Source: an uncultured Bacilli bacterium (GTDB lineage: Bacteria > Bacillota_I > Bacilli_A > RF39 > UBA660). Taken from it: 64,000 bases of DNA. A program made the translations under genes and the position numbers. The notes under the pieces were generated by a model. That model was not told where the DNA came from and searched no databases. It saw nothing but the letters and a program-made list of their open reading frames with translations. The stretch is from contig CANQFJ010000001.1 of NCBI GenBank assembly GCA_947598485.1, positions 11,469 through 75,468 of the forward strand. The letters are read 5' to 3'. Positions 19,551 through 29,360 of this stretch are shown here, piece by piece (the first letter of the stretch is position 1; every line of letters begins with the position of its first letter).

Positions 19551-19736
19551 CGAAACTGAGGTTAACATAATATCGATTAAACGAACCAATATAAAATTCT
19601 AAATTAACTATATAAAATACATATTTAATTATAGCACAATCACTTCTTAGAAAGATATTATTGTATGCAAAATGACATACAAAATTAAATGCTAAAATTT
19701 TATTTGAACATATTTAAAAAAATTTCTCATACGCAT

Positions 19737-19823
19737 TATAACCTTATTATATATAAAATATAAGGATATATACGCGCGTTTATAACCTTATTTAATAATA
19801 TAATAAGGATATATATGTGTGCG
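19737..19823. repeat. Two tandem ~43-bp imperfect direct repeats, each a hairpin followed by an alternating purine-pyrimidine GC patch
   Basis: Copy 1 is ttataaccttattatatataaaatataaggatatatacgcgcg and copy 2 is ttataaccttatttaataatataataaggatatatatgtgtgcg. In both, tataacctta pairs with taaggatata. Confidence 0.6.
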
Positions 19824-19857
19824 TACGTATAGATAGGGTACCTACTCTTCTTTGCAT

Positions 19858-19886
19858 AAAAAAAGAAAGGGGAGTTACACCTTTCT
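19858..19886 (-). terminator. Rho-independent terminator of the rnc-smc-HTH unit
   Basis: On the minus strand: agaaagg-tgtaactcc-cctttct followed by T6. The stop codon of the HTH gene lies in the loop. Confidence 0.6.
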
Positions 19887-20654
19887 AGATTGTATTTCAG
19901 CTATCTTTTCAAATACTTCTGCTGCATTTCCTTCGTTTATATCATCATAACCAAGTTCTCTTAAAGCTTGAACTTTTATCGTATTTAATTGTTGAGTACG
20001 GCTTAATTTTTCTTCATTTTTTTGCTCAATTTCAGCAATAAATCTTCTTCTTGATTCAGCTACTTTAGACTTTGACGCTCCCCCATTGTTGTATAAAGTA
20101 AGGCCAGAATATAAAATGCCCTCGAAAATAAATTGGCGATCTTCATCATAAACGAATTCATCAGGTTCAATAAAGCCATTAGTTTTAGCTATATAAGCTA
20201 ATATGTATTTAATCTCCGGTACATTATCAATAGATTGTAGCATATAGTATAAATACTTAATGGTAGCGATATTAGTAAAGCCCCCTTGGATTAATTTCTC
20301 TTTAAGTAAATATACAATATCCGCTAAAAGAAGTTTACCATCTTTATCTACATCAGATAAGTCGAAACTATTTTCAATACTATCTTCTTTCTTAATATTA
20401 GCGTGTAACCTCTTCTCTACTTCCATTAAATAGTCGGTAGTAGGTTTTAAAGCTTTAATTTCTTCCTCGGTACCTTCTTCAATTCCAAGAAGTTGTAATA
20501 ATAATATTTTCTTTTCTTTAGGCCACTTTTCAATACTGTCAAAAGTTAAGTAATTGTATACCATTTGTCTTGAAACACCTAAATATTTAGCTAGCTTTAC
20601 TTTAGATACCCCTAATTCTTGTAATAATACGTTTAATGATTCCAATTTTTTCAC
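19875..20654 (-). CDS. Helix-turn-helix (XRE-like) domain protein with unknown C-terminal domain
   Basis: The N-terminal segment VSKVKLAKYLGVSRQMVYNYL is a typical HTH. The remaining ~200 aa are unrecognised. It lies directly downstream of smc. Confidence 0.65.
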   Translation of the reverse strand: MKKLESLNVLLQELGVSKVKLAKYLGVSRQMVYNYLTFDSIEKWPKEKKILLLQLLGIEEGTEEEIKALKPTTDYLMEVEKRLHANIKKEDSIENSFDLSDVDKDGKLLLADIVYLLKEKLIQGGFTNIATIKYLYYMLQSIDNVPEIKYILAYIAKTNGFIEPDEFVYDEDRQFIFEGILYSGLTLYNNGGASKSKVAESRRRFIAEIEQKNEEKLSRTQQLNTIKVQALRELGYDDINEGNAAEVFEKIAEIQSRKV

Positions 20655-20737
20655 ACTACTTTCTTTACATTTTTATTATAAAATCTTAACAGTTCTATGT
20701 CAATTAATTTTAATAAAAACACACGTTTTTTAGCTTA

Positions 20738-23647
20738 TTAATAATCTTCAAGCTTAACGCTAACTCTTGTAGATACTCCACTTTCTTGCATCGTAATACC
20801 ATATAAATTATCGGCATATTCCATCATTTTTTTCTTATGGGTTATTAAGATAAATTGGCTAGTATCTTTCATGTTTTTTAGATATTCGCCAAACATGCTG
20901 ACATTTTCTTCATCAAGAGGAGCTTCTGCTTCATCAAGAACAATAAAAGGCGCTGGTTTAACATTTAGAATAGCAAATATTAAGCATATAGCAGTTAAAG
21001 CCTTCTCCCCTCCTGATAAAAAGGTTGTCGAGTTTAGCTTTTTTCCTGGTGGAACTGCTAAAATATCAATTCCTGTATTTAGTAAATCATTTTCGTCAGT
21101 AAGTTTTAAAAGGCCATTACCACCTTTAAACATCACTCTAAACACCTTAGAAAATTCAGTAGCAATGCTATCAAAGGTTGATTTAAATTTTTCCTTCATT
21201 ATCTCGTCCATATCCTCAATAATACTTAATAACTCTTGTGATGAAGCCTCCAAATCATTACGTTGTTTATCAAGAAAGTCATATCTTTTTTTAAGTCTAT
21301 CATATTCGGCAATACTTCCCGTGTTAACATTATCAAGGCCTTTTAAATCCATTTTAAGCTTATTAACAGTGGTTCTAGCCTTTTCATGATCCATTGTAAG
21401 GTTATACTTCCCTACTGCATTTTCATACGTTAAACTATAGTCTGAAGCAAGCTCTGTTATTAAATTATCAATCTTTACTTCATATTTACCAATTTCTACT
21501 TCATTGGCATTAATTTTATTTTCTAGTTCTCTATAACTAGCATTTTGATCATGCATTTGCTTTTCTAAAGAATTTATTTCATTATTTAAATCAAATTTTT
21601 TACTTTGATATTCCGTGATATCATCTTCACAAAGTTGTTTTTCTTTCTCTTTATTAGCTATGTCTTTTAATAATTTATCTAAAGAGTCATTTAATTTATT
21701 ATTACTAACATCCTCAAGGCTAGTAATATTGGAACCGATTTCATTAATTTTGACTTTTAACTTTTCTTTATTATCTTCTTCCATCGAAATAATGAATCTT
21801 TTTTCACTTATTTTATGATTAATATCTTCGATTTCTTTATCAATGGAACTATATTTTTCATTATCACTAGCAAGAGCTATATTCTCGGCCTCTAAGCTTG
21901 TTTGGACGTCTTTTAGCTGCTTAGTAAGCTTTGTTATAAGACTACGAGAGCTACTAGCCACTTCACCACCAGCTATTGAGCCCCCAGGGAAAGTCACCTC
22001 ACCTGTTAGTGTAACCATTTTATAGCTATTATTAAGTTCATTAGCAAGTTTAAACATATGATCAATGTTATCCATGATTATGACATTTCCTAGTTGATTT
22101 TCAATAATATCTTGATATTTCTTATCATATTTTACAAGATCGGAAGCAATGCCCATGAAGCCGTCTTTATCCTTTAACTTATTTACTAAATCATTATTTA
22201 AATAACGTGATTTAATAACGCTTATTGGGAAAAATGTTGCTCTTCCTAAGCGGTTTTCTTTTAAGTATTCGATAGCCTTTTTGGCGCTATTTTGGTCGTC
22301 AACCACTAAGAAATTAGCAGAGGCTCCTAAAGCCGTAGTAATTGCGGTATCGTATTCATCATTGTATTTGATAAGAGCGGATATAACGTTATGGATTCCT
22401 TTTAGTTTAGGATTATTAATAATACTAGATACACTTCGAGGAAGATAAAGATTATTTTCATTATTTTCTTTTTCTAATTTAATTTTATTTTCTAATGTGA
22501 AGATATTTTTATTAAGCTCATTAATAGTGTTATTTTCATTTGTGATTTTAACTTTTAACTTTAGGGATTCATCAGATAGTTCATTTTTCTCATTATTTAG
22601 CGTTATAACCTCATTTTTAAGCCCCTCGAGCTTTTTTTCTAAAATATTTAAATCTTTATCAAGATTTAATTTTTCTTCTTTTAAAGATACTAAATTAGTA
22701 TTAATAGTATCTTTATCAAGATTATATTTAGCTCTTTCCATAATAATTTGTTTTTCACTAGTTAAGGAAGATAAAGAATTAGTAAGTTCAATTAGTTTCT
22801 TATTAAGATTGTTAATCGTTTCTTCCAATTTAAGGTTTTCTAATTTCTTTTTTTCAATACCCATAGGATGAATTATATTCATAACAGATAGTTTCTTTTG
22901 TAAAAGAGTATTATCTTGTTTTAACTGTTCATAATGATTGGTAAGGTCTGTTATATCACTTGTAATTAAAGCAATCTCTATAGCCTCTAAATCCCTTTTT
23001 AAATCAAGAAATCTTAGTGCCTCATCTTTTTGCTTAGCTAAGGGTTCCAAAGTAGTATTTAGCTCTTTAATAATTAAATTAACTCTTGTTAAGTTTTCTT
23101 TAGTACCTTCGAGTTTTCTAAGCGCTTCTTCTTTCCTTTTCTTATATTTTAAAACACCTGCGGCACTTTCAAATAAAATTCTTCTTTCACTCGATTTATT
23201 TTCTACTAAAGCATTAATATTTCCTTGCGATATTATATTAAATTTACTAGTTACATCAATAAGTAAATCACTTATATCTTTAAGCCTAACATGAGCATTA
23301 TTAATGTAATATTCCGTTTCACCCGTTTTATAAATTACTCTTTTAATCTCTACTTCATTAAAATCGGTATTAAGAGCGTGATCTGAGTTATCAAAAAGAA
23401 TTGATACACTAGCTTTTTTAGCTTCTTCACGTGTTTTAGAACCACTGAAAATAACATCGGTCATGCCGCTTTCACCACGTAAAGTCTTAATACTTTGCTC
23501 ACCGAGTACCCATAATATGGCATCAACAACATTCGACTTGCCTGAGCCATTAGGGCCTACTATGGCGTTTATGCCATTAGAAAAATCTAATTCCATTTTA
23601 TCCGCAAAGGATTTAAATCCTTGCGCTTTAATACCTTTAATGTACAT
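20738..23647 (-). CDS. smc: Chromosome segregation protein SMC
   Basis: Walker A GPNGSGKSN, long K/E/L/N-rich coiled coils, a hinge (..ASANFLVVDD..), signature LSGGEKALTA and Walker B FIVLDEAEAPLD. Confidence 0.93.
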   Translation of the reverse strand: MYIKGIKAQGFKSFADKMELDFSNGINAIVGPNGSGKSNVVDAILWVLGEQSIKTLRGESGMTDVIFSGSKTREEAKKASVSILFDNSDHALNTDFNEVEIKRVIYKTGETEYYINNAHVRLKDISDLLIDVTSKFNIISQGNINALVENKSSERRILFESAAGVLKYKKRKEEALRKLEGTKENLTRVNLIIKELNTTLEPLAKQKDEALRFLDLKRDLEAIEIALITSDITDLTNHYEQLKQDNTLLQKKLSVMNIIHPMGIEKKKLENLKLEETINNLNKKLIELTNSLSSLTSEKQIIMERAKYNLDKDTINTNLVSLKEEKLNLDKDLNILEKKLEGLKNEVITLNNEKNELSDESLKLKVKITNENNTINELNKNIFTLENKIKLEKENNENNLYLPRSVSSIINNPKLKGIHNVISALIKYNDEYDTAITTALGASANFLVVDDQNSAKKAIEYLKENRLGRATFFPISVIKSRYLNNDLVNKLKDKDGFMGIASDLVKYDKKYQDIIENQLGNVIIMDNIDHMFKLANELNNSYKMVTLTGEVTFPGGSIAGGEVASSSRSLITKLTKQLKDVQTSLEAENIALASDNEKYSSIDKEIEDINHKISEKRFIISMEEDNKEKLKVKINEIGSNITSLEDVSNNKLNDSLDKLLKDIANKEKEKQLCEDDITEYQSKKFDLNNEINSLEKQMHDQNASYRELENKINANEVEIGKYEVKIDNLITELASDYSLTYENAVGKYNLTMDHEKARTTVNKLKMDLKGLDNVNTGSIAEYDRLKKRYDFLDKQRNDLEASSQELLSIIEDMDEIMKEKFKSTFDSIATEFSKVFRVMFKGGNGLLKLTDENDLLNTGIDILAVPPGKKLNSTTFLSGGEKALTAICLIFAILNVKPAPFIVLDEAEAPLDEENVSMFGEYLKNMKDTSQFILITHKKKMMEYADNLYGITMQESGVSTRVSVKLEDY

Positions 23648-23650
23648 ATT

Positions 23651-24292
23651 TTACCTAGCACATTTCTTTAGGGCATCTGATGCAGCGTTTTGTTCAGCTT
23701 CTTTTTTACTCCGACCTTTACCACTACCTAGAATAATATTATCAACTTTTACATCTACGGCAAACTCAGGAACATGAGGGTTGTCAACCCGTAAAACGTA
23801 TTCTACTGACTTACGATCAGTTTGAACAAATTCTTGAAGTAAAGTTTTATAGTCTTTAAAAAAGATTTCTTCATTTTCTATTTCCGGAATGACTACATCA
23901 TTAATATAATCTTTACATTTTTCTAAACCACACTCAAGATATATAACGGCCAAAACAGATTCGAAAGTATCAGCAATAATCGTATCATTAACATGGCCAT
24001 GTAAACCATTTCCCACCCTAATAAGATCATTATAGCCAACTTTCTTAACATAATAAGCTAAGGCATCTTCACATACATAACTTGCTCTTTCTTTAGACAT
24101 TTTTCCTTCTTTTAGGTCCGTAGTATTATATAAATATTCAGAGATTAATACTTGAAGTACTGCATCACCTAAAAACTCTAGTCTTTCATAAGATTCGCAA
24201 TTATTTTCATTAGCATATGAAGAATGAGTTAAAGCCGTTAATAGTAAATCTTGATTATTTATTTTAATCCCATATTTATCTAAAAAATTCAT
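23651..24292 (-). CDS. rnc: Ribonuclease III
   Basis: ERLEFLGDAVL signature and a C-terminal dsRBD (GSGKGRSKKEAEQNAA). The start is trimmed to the second ATG of ATGATG, 5 nt after GGTGG. Confidence 0.9.
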   Translation of the reverse strand: MNFLDKYGIKINNQDLLLTALTHSSYANENNCESYERLEFLGDAVLQVLISEYLYNTTDLKEGKMSKERASYVCEDALAYYVKKVGYNDLIRVGNGLHGHVNDTIIADTFESVLAVIYLECGLEKCKDYINDVVIPEIENEEIFFKDYKTLLQEFVQTDRKSVEYVLRVDNPHVPEFAVDVKVDNIILGSGKGRSKKEAEQNAASDALKKCAR

Positions 24293-24389
24293 CATAACCA
24301 CCCATTCTATTAGCTTCTTTAAGTATACCATAAGACAATATAATTGTAAAACGAATTAAAATATAGTATAATCATCTTTGTTGGTGGTT

Positions 24390-24623
24390 ATGAAAAAAAT
24401 ATTAATTTATTTAATAAGAGCCTACCAAATAATACCTTTTTTAGGCCATAAAATGTGCAGATTTACTCCTACTTGTAGCGAGTATATGATTGAAGCTATA
24501 AACACTTATGGTGCTTTAAAGGGAATTAAAATGGGTTTAAAAAGAATAAAAAGGTGTCGTCCGTATGGCGATGTGGGATATGACCCTGTACCCCCGAAGG
24601 AGGAAAATTTTGAAAAAAATTAA
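24390..24623 (+). CDS. yidD: Membrane protein insertion efficiency factor YidD
   Basis: [39 protein letters not shown]. The listed ORF starts at a TTG, so the start is trimmed to ATG 24390. Confidence 0.85.
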   Translation: MKKILIYLIRAYQIIPFLGHKMCRFTPTCSEYMIEAINTYGALKGIKMGLKRIKRCRPYGDVGYDPVPPKEENFEKN

Positions 24624-25461
24624 TTTCCTAATAGCATTATTAGGTTTATTTTTAGTAATGACAGGTTGTTCTATAAAACAAGATGAAAATAAGGGAGAAA
24701 TTGTTTATACAACTGAATATCCCGTTAATTATTTAGTAAATGAACTTTATGGTGATAACGCTACTATATCAAGTATATATCCTGTCGATTGTGATATTGA
24801 TAATTACACCCTTACTACTAAACAAATAAACAATTATGCTAAAGGTGATGTATTCATCTATAATGGGTTAACTAAAGAAAAAGAAATTGCTAAAGATTTA
24901 ATAAATGAAAATTCTAATTTATATATCATGGATGTTGCAAGTGGCTTAAAGCTAAATAATGATATTACAGAATTATGGCTTAGCCCAAATAATTATCTTA
25001 TGCTTGCCAAAAACATTAAAGATGGATTAACGGAAAAAGAAAATAATAAATTTACTATTGAAAATATTGAGAGTAAATATAAAGATTTTGAAGAAAGAAT
25101 TTCACTAATGGATGCTTCTCTACATTCTCTTGGAAAAGCTGCTAAAGAAAAAAATAGTAATGTTATCGTATCTGCAAATAGCACATTTAAGTTTTTAGAG
25201 GCTTATGGTTTCGAAGTTATACCTTTAGATGAACAATTAAAAGATACTAAGCTAGACTCTATTAAAACTAATTTTAAAGATCGTAAATATAAATATATTT
25301 TAATGCTTGATACTGATAAAGATACAGATATAATTACTGATTTAATTAATAATTATAAAGCTGAAAAAATTACTGTATCATCTCTTACTGTTTCTAATGC
25401 TGATTATTTTAATGAAATGAATTCATTTATTGAAAACCTAAAAAAGATTTCAACTGATTGA
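24610..25461 (+). CDS. Lipoprotein, cluster-9 (ZnuA/TroA-like) solute-binding fold with degenerate metal site
   Basis: TTG 24610 lies 7 nt after GGAGG. Lipobox LVMTG|C. VFIYNG and ELWLSPNNY resemble metal SBP motifs, but the usual His ligands (PHxW, DPHxY) are replaced. It overlaps yidD by 14 nt and has no adjacent ABC genes. Confidence 0.6.
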   Translation: MKKINFLIALLGLFLVMTGCSIKQDENKGEIVYTTEYPVNYLVNELYGDNATISSIYPVDCDIDNYTLTTKQINNYAKGDVFIYNGLTKEKEIAKDLINENSNLYIMDVASGLKLNNDITELWLSPNNYLMLAKNIKDGLTEKENNKFTIENIESKYKDFEERISLMDASLHSLGKAAKEKNSNVIVSANSTFKFLEAYGFEVIPLDEQLKDTKLDSIKTNFKDRKYKYILMLDTDKDTDIITDLINNYKAEKITVSSLTVSNADYFNEMNSFIENLKKISTD

Positions 25462-25504
25462 CAAAAGGGCTACTATTTAGTAAAATGAATTAGTAGCTTG
25501 GTAT

Positions 25505-25597
25505 GGAGTAGTACTCAAGAGGCTGAAGAGGCGCCCCTGCTAAGGGTGTAGGACGGGTTAAACTGTCGCGAGAGTTCAAATCTCTCCTGCTCCGCCA
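25505..25597 (+). tRNA. tRNA-Ser (anticodon GCU), CCA encoded
   Basis: The cloverleaf folds by hand: acceptor GGAGTAG/CTGCTCC, anticodon stem CGCCC/GGGTG with loop CTGCTAA, long variable arm GACGG-GTTAAA-CTGTC, and T-arm GAGAG-TTCAAAT-CTCTC. Confidence 0.93.
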
Positions 25598-25612
25598 TTT
25601 AAGTTAATAATA

Positions 25613-25645
25613 AAAGTCTTGAAAGAAAATTTCAGGACTTTTTAA
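25613..25645 (+). terminator. Terminator after tRNA-Ser
   Basis: Stem aaagtcttgaaa/tttcaggacttt (one G:U), 5-nt loop, T-rich tail. Confidence 0.55.
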
Positions 25646-25659
25646 TTTGTAAAATTAAG

Positions 25660-25690
25660 CATTAAAAAATACCTCACTATAAGGTATTTT
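25660..25690 (-). terminator. Terminator after the tRNA-Ile/tRNA-Glu pair
   Basis: Perfect 9-bp stem aaaatacct/aggtatttt with a 7-nt loop, followed on the minus strand by T5. Confidence 0.6.
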
Positions 25691-25700
25691 AATTCAAATT

Positions 25701-25777
25701 TGGTGACCCGTACGGGATTTGAACCCATGAATCCATGCGTGAAAGGCATGTGTGTTAAACCGCTTCACCAACGGGCC
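25701..25777 (-). tRNA. tRNA-Glu (anticodon UUC), CCA encoded
   Basis: The reverse complement is GGCCCGTTGGTGAAGCGGTTTAACACACATGCCTTTCACGCATGGATTCATGGGTTCAAATCCCGTACGGGTCACCA. The anticodon stem is CATGC/GCATG with loop CTTTCAC. Confidence 0.93.
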
Positions 25778-25781
25778 ATAA

Positions 25782-25858
<77 letters not shown>

Positions 25859-25891
25859 ACATCAGATGTACTTATTAATTTTATCTTAAAA

Positions 25892-25920
25892 ATTATATAA
25901 ATGCAACTATTTTTTGTCAA
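25892..25920 (-). promoter_or_regulatory. Consensus sigma-70 promoter of the tRNA-Ile/tRNA-Glu unit
   Basis: On the minus strand: TTGACA (25920..25915), an exactly 17-nt spacer, and TATAAT (25897..25892), about 34 nt upstream of the tRNA-Ile 5' end. Confidence 0.7.
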
Positions 25921-25928
25921 TTTTATGA

Positions 25929-26732
25929 TTATTTTGCTTTTTGACATTTATCACAATAGTAAGATGTTCTACCACATATTTTTTCTTTTGTTATTTTATT
26001 ACCACACTCACATTGCTCTTTAGTATGGACCTTTAGAAAATTTTGGTATTCACCTTTTACGCCCAAAGAAGACGTATAACTTCTAATGGTAGTTCCCTTA
26101 TACTTAATTGCCATATCAAGCACTTTTTTCGCCCCGTTTAAGATATTTTGACAATCATTTAAAATGAGATTACACCCTAAGACATTTGGCCTCAATTTAG
26201 CCTCATAAAGCACTTCATCAGCATAAATATTACCAAGACCTGCTATTATACTTTGATCAAGAAGAAGGCCTTTTATAGTAGTTTTTTTATTCTTTACTTT
26301 GTTGTACAAGTATTCTGGCTTGATATCAGTATTAGCATCAGGACCAATATTTTGAAAATAGCTTTTTAACTGATCTTTATCAATTAATTCCATTCGGCCA
26401 AATTTGCGAGTATCATTGTAAATTAGTAAGCAATCTTCAAGTTCAAATATGATATGATCATGCTTCTGTATTTCAGCATTTTTATCTTTAACAAAATATT
26501 TTCCTTCCATTCTTAGATGACTAATTAAATAATTATCTTGAGTTTCAAATACTAAATATTTTGCTTTTTGTTTAATATCAATAAATTCTTTATTAATAAG
26601 TTTTGCCTTAAAATCTTCTATATCATTTTCAATTATCTTATTATATAAAATCTTTATATTTTTAATTCTTTTATGTAATATTTGTTTTTTTAATACTTCC
26701 TTTACAGTATATACTTCTGCAAGTTCTGGCAT
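25929..26732 (-). CDS. mutM: Formamidopyrimidine-DNA glycosylase
   Basis: N-terminal MPELAEV (catalytic Pro2/Glu3), an H2TH region (LLDQSIIAGLGNIYADE), and a C-terminal zinc finger CxxC..CxxC. Confidence 0.9.
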   Translation of the reverse strand: MPELAEVYTVKEVLKKQILHKRIKNIKILYNKIIENDIEDFKAKLINKEFIDIKQKAKYLVFETQDNYLISHLRMEGKYFVKDKNAEIQKHDHIIFELEDCLLIYNDTRKFGRMELIDKDQLKSYFQNIGPDANTDIKPEYLYNKVKNKKTTIKGLLLDQSIIAGLGNIYADEVLYEAKLRPNVLGCNLILNDCQNILNGAKKVLDMAIKYKGTTIRSYTSSLGVKGEYQNFLKVHTKEQCECGNKITKEKICGRTSYYCDKCQKAK

Positions 26733-26743
26733 AGAATCCTCCT

Positions 26744-29293
26744 TTACTTAGTAGTGTACCAATTGTCTCCTGTATCGCTACTTACTTTAAGTGGAACATT
26801 TAAATCAACAATATGTTCCATTGTGTCTTTAACTATTTTATTTACTTTATCAAGTTCTTCCTTTTTGACATCAAATATTAGTTCATCATGTACTTGAAGC
26901 ACCATTTTACTTTGAATCTTTTCTTCCCTAAATTTATCATATATCTTTATCATTGCCATCTTTATAATATCGGCCGCGGTACCTTGAATCGGAGCATTAA
27001 TAGCCATTCTTTCTCCACTTTGTCTTACCATATAATTAGTGCTACTAAGTTCATCAAGAACTCTTTTTCTTTTAAATAGTGTTGTGACATAGCCATTTTC
27101 TTTAGCCTTTTTTACAGTATTATCCATATAATTTTTTACTTCAGGATAAAGCTCATAATATTTATTTATAAAATAGGTAGCTTCACTATTTGTTATTTTA
27201 AGATTATCCATAAGGCCATAACTACTGATGCCATAAACAATACCAAAAATAACGGCCTTAGCTTTAGAACGCATTTCTTTCGTTACATCTTTTAGCTCTA
27301 CCCCATTAATATCCGCGGCGACTTTGGCATGGATATCGCCATCTTCCTTAAATGTTTCTATCATATGAGTACAACCAGTTACATGGGCAAGAACTCTTAA
27401 TTCAATTTGGGAATAATCACAGCTTAAAAATAAATCATTTTCAGGTATGAACGCTTCTCTTATCTTACGACCTAACTCTTCTCTAACGGGTATATTTTGT
27501 AAGTTAGGTTCAATTGAAGATAGCCTTCCTGTTCTTGCTATTGTTTGCTTAAAGATAGTATGGATTTTCATATCATCTTTAATATATCCTTGAAGACCAT
27601 CAAGATATGTTGTTTTAAGCTTATTTAATGTACGATATTCTAAAATTAAATCAATGATGGGATTAATACCTCTTAGGCTTTCCAAAGTCGCTACATCAGT
27701 CTTATATCCCGTTTTATTCTTTTTACCATGCGGAAGACCTAGTTTTTCAAATAATATTTCATTAAGTTGCTTAGTCGAAGAAATATTAAATTCCTCTCCT
27801 GCTACTTTATAAATTTCTTTGGTTATTTCCTCAAGTTTAATACTTATTTCTTCATCTTGTCTTTTAAGGGTATCTTTATCTACTTTAACGCCATTTTTTT
27901 CCATACTATATAATACTTTTATTAAGGGCATTTCTATATTTTGATATAAATCATACATATCTTCTTCTTTTAACTTTTTTAGCAATGTATCATTAATCTC
28001 AAATATTAACTTAGTGCATAAACAAAGGCTATTTATAATTTGTTCTAGGTTGTTTTCTTTAATTAAATTAGGCCATGATTTTATATCATAATTAAATATA
28101 CTTCCTAAAAGAGCTATATCATCTTTACTATTATAGTTAAGAATATAGCTTGATAGCATAATATCATCTTGACACTCTATATCAACGTCAAGATATAAAT
28201 TCTTTTTATAATCATAGGTTATAACTTGTTTGGCCTTTAAAGCATCTTTTAAGCGATGCATTTCATTTTTTGGAAAATAATAGTAATATTTACCATCAAA
28301 AACTGTTGCTCCTATAACAGTAGCTTTGGTATATATTTCATCTGAAGCCCCAACATATAAAGCTACTTTATCCCCCAGTACAATGTTAATATCATCATTT
28401 ACTTCAATATATTTTATACTATCATTTACAGGAGAATTTAACTTTTTTAAAAGAGATAAGAATTCATATTCACTATATAATTCTTTAAGTTTATCAATAA
28501 TAGGACCATTATATTTTAAATCATTTAAATTAATATTTAAGGGGACATCACGATATATAGTAGCAATTTTTTTAGACATAAAAGCATTATCTTTATCATT
28601 TACTAATTTATCATGAACACTACCCTTTATTTTATCAATATTATCATATAAGTTTTCAAGGGTGTTATACTCTCTTAAAAGCTTTAAAGCTGTCTTTTCA
28701 CCAATACCTTTTACACCAGGTATATTATCTGATGCATCACCCATTAAGGCCTTCAAATCAATAATTCTTATGGGATCTATTCCATAATCTTCTTTAAAGG
28801 TTTGTTCGTTATATCTTATATAATCATTTTGCTTTAATAGTTTTACATCAATTTCAAAATTAATTAATTGTAATAAATCTCGATCACTAGATATGATTGT
28901 AGCATTAAAATCACTATCATTTTCACACATCTTAACAAGCGTACCAATAATGTCGTCAGCTTCATATGGCTCAAGTTCAAGGTATTTTATGCCCATGGCA
29001 TCTAAAAGCTCTCGAGCAACAGGCATTTGCTTGATTAAATCCTCGGGTGTAGCATTACGTCCCTCTTTATAAAAATCGTACTCTTGCTTACGAAAATTTT
29101 TACCAATATCAAAAGCTACGGCAACATAGGCAGGTGATTCTTCCGTTATGATTTTATTAATCATATTAACAAAACCATAAAGCGCATTAGTAGGAAATCC
29201 CTTACTATTACGCATCACATTGCCTGTGTAAGCCGTAGCAAAATAACTTCTAAACATTAAATTGTTGCCATCAATTAAAACTATTTTTTTCAT
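26744..29293 (-). CDS. polA: DNA polymerase I
   Basis: 5' nuclease domain (LIDGNNLMFRSYFA, ISSDRDLLQL), motif A DYSQIELRVLAH, motif B RSKAKAVIFGIVYG, and motif C LQVHDELIF. Confidence 0.95.
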   Translation of the reverse strand: MKKIVLIDGNNLMFRSYFATAYTGNVMRNSKGFPTNALYGFVNMINKIITEESPAYVAVAFDIGKNFRKQEYDFYKEGRNATPEDLIKQMPVARELLDAMGIKYLELEPYEADDIIGTLVKMCENDSDFNATIISSDRDLLQLINFEIDVKLLKQNDYIRYNEQTFKEDYGIDPIRIIDLKALMGDASDNIPGVKGIGEKTALKLLREYNTLENLYDNIDKIKGSVHDKLVNDKDNAFMSKKIATIYRDVPLNINLNDLKYNGPIIDKLKELYSEYEFLSLLKKLNSPVNDSIKYIEVNDDINIVLGDKVALYVGASDEIYTKATVIGATVFDGKYYYYFPKNEMHRLKDALKAKQVITYDYKKNLYLDVDIECQDDIMLSSYILNYNSKDDIALLGSIFNYDIKSWPNLIKENNLEQIINSLCLCTKLIFEINDTLLKKLKEEDMYDLYQNIEMPLIKVLYSMEKNGVKVDKDTLKRQDEEISIKLEEITKEIYKVAGEEFNISSTKQLNEILFEKLGLPHGKKNKTGYKTDVATLESLRGINPIIDLILEYRTLNKLKTTYLDGLQGYIKDDMKIHTIFKQTIARTGRLSSIEPNLQNIPVREELGRKIREAFIPENDLFLSCDYSQIELRVLAHVTGCTHMIETFKEDGDIHAKVAADINGVELKDVTKEMRSKAKAVIFGIVYGISSYGLMDNLKITNSEATYFINKYYELYPEVKNYMDNTVKKAKENGYVTTLFKRKRVLDELSSTNYMVRQSGERMAINAPIQGTAADIIKMAMIKIYDKFREEKIQSKMVLQVHDELIFDVKKEELDKVNKIVKDTMEHIVDLNVPLKVSSDTGDNWYTTK

Positions 29294-29311
29294 ATATCCT
29301 CTTCGTAATCT

Positions 29312-29320
29312 ATTATACCA
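29312..29320 (-). promoter_or_regulatory. Extended -10 promoter element upstream of polA
   Basis: TGgTATAAT on the minus strand, 18 nt upstream of the polA ATG region (RBS gaagagga). Confidence 0.45.
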
Positions 29321-29360
29321 CGATGAGATAAAAATTTCTTATTTATGGCATCAAATAACT

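Noticed and set aside
19661-19682. dif-like Xer recombination site (palindrome ttgtatg-caaaatga-catacaa)
   Set aside because: The arms are only 7 bp. They do not match the conserved Firmicute XerD arm TTATGTAAACT, and the orientation of the conserved pentamers relative to the central region is wrong.
20871-23777. Series of 60-172-aa plus-strand ORFs within smc and rnc
   Set aside because: They are antisense to the K/E/L/N-rich coiled-coil codons of smc, which automatically gives open F/L/S-rich frames. They have no RBS and no motifs, and they overlap a gene with complete SMC signatures.
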